44,482 nt of DNA from an uncultured Gammaproteobacteria bacterium (GTDB lineage: Bacteria > Patescibacteriota > Microgenomatia > Levybacterales > UBA12049): NCBI GenBank assembly GCA_964562445.1, contig CAZLSZ010000006.1, positions 1 through 44,482 of the forward strand, in the 5' to 3' direction. Every line of letters starts with the position of its first letter. Positions within the stretch are counted from its first letter, which is position 1. The translations under genes were made by a program, and so were the position numbers. The notes beneath the pieces are model-generated. The model saw nothing but the letters and a program-made list of their open reading frames with translations. It did no database searches and was not told the DNA's origin. Below are positions 1 through 6,425 of the stretch, piece by piece.

Positions 1-2
1 CT

Positions 3-248
3 GTTATTCTTCCAAGAACTACGACATTCCGTTCGGGATTATATCTTCGTACTGGCCCGATTCAACCCGGCTATTCAGGAGAGTTGACTTTTGGCCTCAA
101 AAATGAAGGACCGATTACGGTGGAAATTGAAATGGGCGCGAGATTTGCGCATGTGATTTTCCATGAAATAAAAGGTGAAGGAAGCAAATATCGCGGTCAA
201 TGGCAGGGGGGAAGAGTCTCCGCAACAAAGAGAGAGAAACAGGTATAG
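3..248 (+). CDS. dcd: dCTP deaminase / dUTPase-superfamily protein, C-terminal part (5' end outside window)
   Basis: Frame 3 is open from the window edge to TAG at 246-248. It reads ...GPIQPGYSGELTFGLKNEGPITVEIEMGARFAHVIFHEI...KYRGQWQGG. This matches the Dcd/Dut pattern (IDPGf.G.l.LEl.N / G.rI.ql.F / KY..Q.G). Confidence 0.7.
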   Translation, partial: VILPRTTTFRSGLYLRTGPIQPGYSGELTFGLKNEGPITVEIEMGARFAHVIFHEIKGEGSKYRGQWQGGRVSATKREKQV

Positions 249-349
249 CTGGCATTATAACTCCTACACATTTCACACCGACACGTGCTATGATAATTCT
301 ATGAAGCGGGGATAAACATCCAAGTAAAGCAAATGCAGTACAATCCAGT

Positions 350-781
350 TTGGATTTACTGATCGAAGAAGGTTTTATTCTTGCACTTTCAGATATCACA
401 CTCTTTGAGAATTTGCACGGTTTAGGAGGATCTGCTCATAATAAAGCTTTTTCTTTACTAAAAGTATATGAAAGAAAAAATGTTTCTTCCAATATATTAT
501 GGCTCGCTGCGCAATTAGGTGGATTTTATCATGATGAGAAAATGGATGGTATTGATATGGGAGACAAAATAATTTCAGCAACAGCAATATTGGAGAATGG
601 ATATGTTTTAACAGCTAATCATAAAGATTATCCTCATCCGTTTTTTATTACTGAAAGAAGTATGCCAATAGTATACAAAATTAAAATGTATTCCCAGACA
701 CTAGATCTAGCACTTTACAAGCCCAATTATGAAATAATTTTGCGACGTCTTAAAGAAAAGATAAGTAACTTTAGAGCTTGA
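350..781 (+). CDS. PIN-like (VapC-like) domain protein, N-terminally short, with an extra C-terminal tail of about 45 aa
   Basis: 143-aa ORF with a TTG start. SDITLFEN...GDKIISATAILENGYVLTANHKDYP resembles the PIN pattern (..vTl.El / D.lIaAtAl..g..LvT.N.kDF). The first acidic strand is only 'DLLIEE' at the extreme N-terminus. No in-frame ATG or GTG lies upstream (frame opens at 305). Confidence 0.4.
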   Translation: MDLLIEEGFILALSDITLFENLHGLGGSAHNKAFSLLKVYERKNVSSNILWLAAQLGGFYHDEKMDGIDMGDKIISATAILENGYVLTANHKDYPHPFFITERSMPIVYKIKMYSQTLDLALYKPNYEIILRRLKEKISNFRA

Positions 782-803
782 TTATCCTTATACAGATAGG
801 ATA
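695..803 (+). repeat. Direct repeat copy 1 (3' end of the PIN-like gene + stop + promoter-like TTGATT region)
   Basis: Hand-aligned without gaps to 2961-3069, about 86/109 identical. Both copies encode QTLDLALYKPNYE(I/L)ILRRLKE...NF..* with the stop at the same offset (84) and TTGATT overlapping the TGA. Confidence 0.85.
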
Positions 804-807
804 CAAA
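778..807 (+). promoter_or_regulatory. Promoter-like element ahead of the orphan gene (TTGATT-18-TACAAA), inside repeat copy 1
   Basis: TTGATT at 778-783 and TACAAA at 802-807. ATG 814 follows 6 nt later with no clear SD. Confidence 0.35.
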
Positions 808-813
808 GAACAT

Positions 814-2847
814 ATGGTCGAAGAAACTTCTATACGAGAAAGCGATATACAACCGTTTGATATGCATGATTCTGGTGATGCTCCCAAACATAAAGCTGAA
901 GTTAAAAGTGAGTATCCCGCCTTATCTGTAGCGGTTTTGACTCGGACAAATGAGCAAATAAAGCGATCTGAGGAGACTCTGAATTTTCATGATGCCGGGA
1001 AGAGTTTTTTTGAGCGGAAGTTTGGTGAACAAACAGCCGAACACATAAAAGAACTAGAGAAAGACACCCTAGACCGTATGGAAATTCCCATGAGCTCAAG
1101 GCGTGGTACGGAAATTCTGCTCGAGGGAGAGACGGAGCCTCGAAGGCCTATTATGGATATCAGCCTAAATGAAAACGATGCGGCTGCGGTAGGGGAAGAG
1201 CTAAAAAGACGCCGAGCCGGCATGATTGGAGGTATGCGGTTGCTTGAGGAGCGGCTAACAGATGACGGTCTTGACAAGAGCACACTTGAACAACAGTACT
1301 ATGAGTTGAAGGAGGTGCTTGTACGGCTCGGGGTGCATGCACGGAGTTATGGAGAGAAGATAGAAGGAGCGCTGGGTCCGAGGGGTGAGGTTGCAGATTT
1401 ATATATTGGGCCAGATGATTTAGCGCGATATGATAAGCTCGACGCGCTACTGATGGAGCTGAGAAAACGGTTTACAAACTATGATGTTGAGCAGTCGTCG
1501 CGGCCAGGTCTTGCTATGAGAGTAAATCGCCTAGCTTCTCTGACATTTCCTACTGGTGTAGAGCTGATACACCGGTCGCGTAGCGAAACCCTGCCTAAGA
1601 TACTTCGCCAAAATCAGCTTGCGACGAGGGCAACTGTACTACATGGAACGCAGCGAAGAACGCAGTTACATGGGGCATTTCTACACGTAACTCCACCTGG
1701 TTCAAGCGGTGAAGAATACGGTGATGTAATGTTTGGTATTCCGATCGACACGATTTTTAAATACTCTCCACGACTTCATCTTGAGAGCTCATATAACGGC
1801 AATAGTTTTTGGGATGAGGGAAAACAATATTCTACACAGGAGGGTCTAGGTCGTTTCACTATTAATAACCCAACCGGCGAGGAGTCGACACCGTTGGCGT
1901 TCCGACTAGCCTTAGCTAATATGCATGAACAAATTCAGCAGGGTGTGCGGCCAATCAATTTGGAAAAGGGCGGATACGACAATTTAGGATTTGCGGCAAG
2001 CGGTGATGCAGAAACTGCTGGAAAATATGCCTATCCTTTGAATGAGATTCGTATATACTCAGAGGACCCTAAGAGTATTGAACGTGAACTTATGAAGGTG
2101 CCGCATGCCAATGAAATATACCCCAGGGTACATTCAACTATACTTCGGGATGAAGACGGTAACCCTCGCCCATACGGGAACAGGTTTGTAGAAACTTCTA
2201 ATTTCACATTGTCTAACGAGCCCATAACAGTCTATGCTCCGATGTTGCATGAAGACGTTTCATTTACTGAAGATACATTATTAGGCAACCAGAGCCGCGA
2301 GAGTCAGCTAGATATTACGCCAGAAAACGTTAGTCCAGATGCAGCTGCTCAGTTTGCGGGAAAATTTATTGACGCGGGCTATGACATGCGTGATGTACTC
2401 AATTCGGCATACAAGGCGTTAAATCAAGACCCTAGTGCCGCTAACTGTGAATCAATTTTGCGTACATATACGGATAGGAGAGGGCTATTCGAGCAGGAAG
2501 GCATTGGGATAGAGTCAAGCGTATCTGGACTGAATGTTGACGCGCTCATAGGAATACTGCAAAGTGTCGCGAATTCGGCGGGAGATGGCGTACCTGTTGA
2601 AGGTATAGTATGCGGTTCCGGACTTACGGATGAGGAGAAGCGAACATTACTATATGCTATAGCTAATAAAATACAATTTCTCAATCCCGATGAATTTTAC
2701 GAACGAGCGGATTTCCTTGAAAGGAGCGGTTACAGACTCAGCCCTGAGCAGCTACGCCTAAAAGAGGAGTACGAAGAGAGAAAACGGGTTGAATATGAAC
2801 TGCGTGTTCTTGCTAGAAAGAGCGGTTTACTTGACGATGAACTTTAG
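814..2847 (+). CDS. Hypothetical 678-aa protein (orphan, no recognisable motif) in a G+C-richer insert
   Basis: Long uninterrupted ORF (track 778-2847). The first ATG at 814 (MVEETSIRES...) follows the duplicated promoter-like sequence. The protein is charged and probably coiled-coil at both ends. No P-loop, metal-binding or TM motif was seen by eye. Confidence 0.6.
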   Translation: MVEETSIRESDIQPFDMHDSGDAPKHKAEVKSEYPALSVAVLTRTNEQIKRSEETLNFHDAGKSFFERKFGEQTAEHIKELEKDTLDRMEIPMSSRRGTEILLEGETEPRRPIMDISLNENDAAAVGEELKRRRAGMIGGMRLLEERLTDDGLDKSTLEQQYYELKEVLVRLGVHARSYGEKIEGALGPRGEVADLYIGPDDLARYDKLDALLMELRKRFTNYDVEQSSRPGLAMRVNRLASLTFPTGVELIHRSRSETLPKILRQNQLATRATVLHGTQRRTQLHGAFLHVTPPGSSGEEYGDVMFGIPIDTIFKYSPRLHLESSYNGNSFWDEGKQYSTQEGLGRFTINNPTGEESTPLAFRLALANMHEQIQQGVRPINLEKGGYDNLGFAASGDAETAGKYAYPLNEIRIYSEDPKSIERELMKVPHANEIYPRVHSTILRDEDGNPRPYGNRFVETSNFTLSNEPITVYAPMLHEDVSFTEDTLLGNQSRESQLDITPENVSPDAAAQFAGKFIDAGYDMRDVLNSAYKALNQDPSAANCESILRTYTDRRGLFEQEGIGIESSVSGLNVDALIGILQSVANSAGDGVPVEGIVCGSGLTDEEKRTLLYAIANKIQFLNPDEFYERADFLERSGYRLSPEQLRLKEEYEERKRVEYELRVLARKSGLLDDEL

Positions 2848-2888
2848 AGCGGTAGAGGTGTGGTGCTATAAGTCAACTGCGAAACTGA

Positions 2889-3047
2889 TTGCGCTATGGT
2901 GCCTTTGCCGATGGCAGAATCTCTTACATTGGAGAAAACACTTGTATTGAGGCTGTATATCAAACATTAGATTTAGCGCTCTACAAACCTAATTATGAGC
3001 TCATTTTGCGACGTCTTAAAGAGAATGTAAATAACTTTGCATCTTGA
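2889..3047 (+). pseudogene. Relic 3' end of a homologue of the PIN-like gene tail
   Basis: The frame opens only at 2889 (TGA at 2886-2888) and has no ATG. The last 28 codons (...YQTLDLALYKPNYELILRRLKENVNNFAS*) parallel the C-terminus of ORF 350-781. Most differences are synonymous third-position changes. Confidence 0.55.
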
Positions 3048-3069
3048 TTATTTTTGTATAGATAGTATA
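2961..3069 (+). repeat. Direct repeat copy 2 (relic gene 3' end + stop + thyA promoter region)
   Basis: See 695-803. The offset between the copies is 2266 bp. Confidence 0.85.
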
Positions 3070-3073
3070 TAAA
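3044..3073 (+). promoter_or_regulatory. thyA promoter-like element (TTGATT, then TATATA/TATAAA)
   Basis: TTGATT at 3044-3049, with TATATA at 3066-3071 or TATAAA at 3068-3073. ATG 3082 follows closely without an SD. Confidence 0.4.
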
Positions 3074-3081
3074 TAACCATA

Positions 3082-4056
3082 ATGAAATCACTTGTGAAAC
3101 ATCCGGAATATCAGTATCTTAATTTAGCGAAGGAAATTCTCAAAGACGGGATTAAGCAGGTCGATCGCGGAACGGGTGTGGTGACATACAGCTTATTCGG
3201 TAAACAAAGTGTTTACGATTTATCTGACGGCTTTCCTCTCCTCACGACAAAAAAAGTATATTGGAAAGGCGTTGTAGAAGAACTGTATTGGTTCTTCTCG
3301 GGGCAAACAAACATAAAATATCTGGTCGACCACAATGTCCACATATGGGATGATTATCCGTATAAGATTTATAAGGAGAAAAATCCTAAAAAGAAAATAA
3401 CTAAGGAACAGTTTATCGAAAAAATAAAAGAAAACGAAAAGTTTGCCGCCAAATGGGGAGAATTACCCAGAATTTATGGAGAAATGTGGCGTAAATGGCC
3501 GACGCGTATCAAAGGACGAACGATTGATCAGTTGCAGTGGGCTGTTGATGAGCTTAATGCTGATCCGAACGCACATAATGTCATTATCAATTCATGGAAT
3601 CCTGAGTACTTATATACAATGGCGCGTAGAGAAGATGCTTCACGATTTCCGATTTGTCACAATATGTATCAATTGAGTAATCGGGATGGAAAACTGTCTA
3701 TGATTTTATATCAGCGCAGTTGTGATTTGTTCCTCGGAGTTCCATTTAATATCGCGAGTTATGCCCTACTTACCTTAGTACTTTCAAAAATACTCAAGTT
3801 GAAACCTGGAGCGTTTATCCATGATTATGGAGATGTACATATTTACGGGAATCATGTCGACCAATTTAAAGAGCAATTGAAAAGAAAACCAAGAGCATTC
3901 CCGAAGGTAAAGCTCGTCGGGAAAATGGAAAAATTATCTGATTTTACGCCTGATAAAGTTGTTCTGGAAGATTATGATCCGTATCCACCAATTAAAGCTG
4001 AATTGACAGTAGCGGGCGGTTTGTATATTGAGGAAAAGAAAGAAAATGCTTCGTAA
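3082..4056 (+). CDS. thyA: Thymidylate synthase (ThyA, long form with insertion)
   Basis: FPLLTTKKV, the catalytic Cys in RFPICHNMYQL, and YQRSCDLFLGVPFNIASYALL (Asn retained, so dUMP-type). A Lys-rich insertion of about 50 aa (DDYPYKIYKEKNPKKK...) is present. Confidence 0.9.
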   Translation: MKSLVKHPEYQYLNLAKEILKDGIKQVDRGTGVVTYSLFGKQSVYDLSDGFPLLTTKKVYWKGVVEELYWFFSGQTNIKYLVDHNVHIWDDYPYKIYKEKNPKKKITKEQFIEKIKENEKFAAKWGELPRIYGEMWRKWPTRIKGRTIDQLQWAVDELNADPNAHNVIINSWNPEYLYTMARREDASRFPICHNMYQLSNRDGKLSMILYQRSCDLFLGVPFNIASYALLTLVLSKILKLKPGAFIHDYGDVHIYGNHVDQFKEQLKRKPRAFPKVKLVGKMEKLSDFTPDKVVLEDYDPYPPIKAELTVAGGLYIEEKKENAS

Positions 4057-4062
4057 GCTTCT

Positions 4063-4440
4063 ATGAAAATATTCTTCGCGCATGCAACCGATCACAGTTT
4101 CAAAAAGGACGCATATAAAGTAATCCGCAGTTCACATTTGAATAAAAAATATGAAATAACGCTTCCACAGGAACAGGGCTTCCAGCCACCGATGCCCAGA
4201 GAGGCTATTATTGCACATGATCTGCTTATCGCTGAGTGCTCATACCCGTCGACAGGTAAAGGCATTGAATTAGGTTGGTGTCACAGTGCTAATATACCTA
4301 TTTTATGTTTATACCATGATACATATTCTCCTTCAGGTTCGTTGAAGAATGTCGCGTCTAGGATTGCTGTTTACAAAGATTATGATGAAATGATACAAAA
4401 GATGGAGGAGTTTATACAAAAATATGAAAAAAAGAATTAG
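4063..4440 (+). CDS. Nucleoside 2-deoxyribosyltransferase / DNPH1(Rcl)-like protein
   Basis: 125-aa ORF starting 6 nt after the thyA stop and overlapping folA by 17 nt. LLIAECSYPSTGKGIELGW resembles the AEv..PS.GvGyELG active-site segment of the NDT/DNPH1 fold. Confidence 0.5.
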   Translation: MKIFFAHATDHSFKKDAYKVIRSSHLNKKYEITLPQEQGFQPPMPREAIIAHDLLIAECSYPSTGKGIELGWCHSANIPILCLYHDTYSPSGSLKNVASRIAVYKDYDEMIQKMEEFIQKYEKKN

Positions 4441-4930
4441 TATCATAGTCGCTATGGATGCAAAACGGGGAATCGGAAAAGACAATGATTTAACCATCCG
4501 ACTCAAAGAAGATTCCAAACGTGTACGTACCCTTACAGCCGGGCATCCGCTTGTGATGGGGAGAAAAACGTTTGCATCATTGGGAAGACTTCTCCCCAAT
4601 AGGACACATATCGTCGTGACACGGGATAAAAAAGCGCTAGCACAGATACATTATCAGCCGCACGAGATTGTAGGAAGTGTGGATGAAGGGATTGCGAAAG
4701 CAGCCGGTTATCCGGGTAGCGAGGAGATTTTTATTTTCGGGGGTGGGCAGATTTACAAATCAGCTATAGAAAATGATCTGGTCGATCGTTTATATCTGAC
4801 CGTTGTACAAAAAGTATATGATGCCGATACGTTTTTCCCGGCGTATCCGAAGTTTACTAATATATTAGAAAAAGAAGAAAAAGAAGAAGATGGTGTTAAG
4901 TATACGTTTCTGACATTAGAGAAATTATAG
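4424..4930 (+). CDS. folA: Dihydrofolate reductase
   Basis: ISIIVAMDAKRGIGKDNDL, LVMGRKTFASLG, LPNRTHIVVTRD and IFGGGQIY. The TAG stop lies inside the hairpin repeat at 4929. Confidence 0.9.
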   Translation: MKKRISIIVAMDAKRGIGKDNDLTIRLKEDSKRVRTLTAGHPLVMGRKTFASLGRLLPNRTHIVVTRDKKALAQIHYQPHEIVGSVDEGIAKAAGYPGSEEIFIFGGGQIYKSAIENDLVDRLYLTVVQKVYDADTFFPAYPKFTNILEKEEKEEDGVKYTFLTLEKL

Positions 4931-4966
4931 ATTGCCACTCCGCCAGCTGGCGGAGTGGCAATGACA
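4929..4966 (+). repeat. Family-A hairpin repeat (tAGATTGC...GCAATGACA)
   Basis: attgccactccgccag/ctggcggagtggcaat is a perfect 32-nt palindrome, followed by gaca. It supplies the folA stop codon. Confidence 0.85.
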
Positions 4967-4981
4967 GTGGAAAAGTACCTG

Positions 4982-5010
4982 TTGCAAATGTGGTGTTTGG
5001 GTTGTATAGT
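4982..5010 (+). promoter_or_regulatory. glyA promoter TTGCAA-17-TATAGT
   Basis: TTGCAA at 4982-4987 and TATAGT at 5005-5010. Six nt (agaccc) separate the -10 from ATG 5017, and there is no SD. Confidence 0.65.
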
Positions 5011-5016
5011 AGACCC

Positions 5017-6339
5017 ATGAATCAACTCAAAAAGACGGATCCTCAAATATACAGCCTCATAAAACAAGAAGAAAAACGCCAGAAAAATGTTCTTGAAATG
5101 ATCGCCTCGGAAAATTATGCTTCCCAGGCAGTTATACAGGCTTTGGGGTCGGTTCTGACCAATAAATACTCAGAAGGTTTTCCGGGCAAGAGGTATTATC
5201 AAGGGAATGATGTCGCTGATGCTGTAGAAGTGACAGCGCAGGAGCGGGCTAAAAAGTTATTTGGTGTTCCGTATGTTAATGTTCAGCCGCTTTCTGGCTC
5301 TCCTGCCAACTCGGCAGTTTACTTTGCACTTTTACAAAATGGAGAAAAGTTGATGGGACTTTCTCTTGCAAATGGGGGACATATTACTCACGGTCATAAG
5401 CTGGGGTTATCCGGAAGAGTATTTAATGCGGTGCATTACCAATTAGGCAGCGACGCACGATTGGACTATGACGCGATCGAAAAACAGGTACTCAAAGAAA
5501 AACCGCAACTGCTTATTTGCGGTTTTACGGCATATCCGAGAAAAATTGATTTCAAACGATTCGGGCAGATCGCAGACAAAGCAGGATGCTATCTGATGGC
5601 AGATATCTCGCATATCACCGGCTTAATCGTCGCAGGTGAACATCCTTCTCCTGTACCATATGCGCATATTGTGACGACAACAACACATAAAACACTGCGT
5701 GGTCCGAGAGGGGCGATGATTATGGTGACTGAAAAAGGGCTTGCCAAGAATCCTGATTTACCCAAGAAGATTGAAACCGCGATAATTCCGGGATTACAAG
5801 GAGGACCTCATAATAATCAGACTGCGGCAATTGCTGTTGCATTGCATGAAGCGGGAACACCTGCATTTAAGAAGTATGGCGCACAGATTGTCGCGAACGC
5901 GAATATACTCGCTGAAACACTTATTGAAAATGGCTTTGATTTGGTGAGCGGGGGTACGGATAATCATCTTATCTTAATTGATCTGCGAGGGAAAAAAGTT
6001 AATGGACGTGTCGCTGCAATTGCCCTGGAGCATGCGGGGATAGTGTTAAATTACAATGGTGTACCGGGGGATGAAATGCCGCCATTATACGCGTCGGGGA
6101 TAAGACTCGGGACACCTGCGGTTACCAGTCGGGGAATGAAGGAAAAAGAGATGAGGAAGATCGCGGGTTGGTATGCTCGCGTAATTAAAGAAGTCGAGGG
6201 AATGGAGCTGCCAAAAGATGATAAAGAGACACGTATGGAGCTTATGAAGACGTATAGGGCAGCGATGAAGAAAAATAAGAAATTGAAAGTCATCGCGAAA
6301 GAGGTCAAAGAATTCTGCAAAAAATATCCACTACCGTAA
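5017..6339 (+). CDS. glyA: Serine hydroxymethyltransferase
   Basis: MNQLKKTDPQIY..., SENYASQAV, and the PLP-Lys motif TTTTHKTLRGPRG. The track start 4990 lies inside the promoter, so ATG 5017 is preferred. Confidence 0.93.
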   Translation: MNQLKKTDPQIYSLIKQEEKRQKNVLEMIASENYASQAVIQALGSVLTNKYSEGFPGKRYYQGNDVADAVEVTAQERAKKLFGVPYVNVQPLSGSPANSAVYFALLQNGEKLMGLSLANGGHITHGHKLGLSGRVFNAVHYQLGSDARLDYDAIEKQVLKEKPQLLICGFTAYPRKIDFKRFGQIADKAGCYLMADISHITGLIVAGEHPSPVPYAHIVTTTTHKTLRGPRGAMIMVTEKGLAKNPDLPKKIETAIIPGLQGGPHNNQTAAIAVALHEAGTPAFKKYGAQIVANANILAETLIENGFDLVSGGTDNHLILIDLRGKKVNGRVAAIALEHAGIVLNYNGVPGDEMPPLYASGIRLGTPAVTSRGMKEKEMRKIAGWYARVIKEVEGMELPKDDKETRMELMKTYRAAMKKNKKLKVIAKEVKEFCKKYPLP

Positions 6340-6367
6340 AACTAAAAACTCAAAACGGAAAACTTTT
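6340..6367 (+). repeat. Family-C AT-rich repeat module (aactaaaaactcaaaac...)
   Basis: aactaaaaactcaaaacggaaaactttt resembles aactaaaaactcataacaacactttt at 42650. Confidence 0.6.
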
Positions 6368-6380
6368 TATAATGTAATAT

Positions 6381-6418
6381 GAGATTGCCACTCTGCAAGC
6401 TGGCGGATCGCAATGACA
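6381..6418 (+). repeat. Family-A hairpin repeat
   Basis: gagattgccactctgcaagctggcggatcgcaatgaca. It lies between the convergent glyA and vWA gene ends. Confidence 0.85.
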
Positions 6419-6425
6419 GAATTAA

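Noticed and set aside
2889-3047. The 52-codon frame ending at 3047 as a functional small gene
   Set aside because: It has no ATG or GTG start (only TTG directly after an in-frame stop) and no SD or promoter. Only its last 28 codons resemble anything, namely the tail of ORF 350-781.
3082-4056. ThyA-like enzyme as a dCMP/dUMP hydroxymethylase for DNA hypermodification (given the dcd-like and DNPH1-like neighbours)
   Set aside because: The specificity Asn in PFNIASYALL is retained (it is Asp in dCMP hydroxymethylases). folA and glyA neighbours fit ordinary thymidylate synthesis. The idea cannot be excluded without an alignment or assay.
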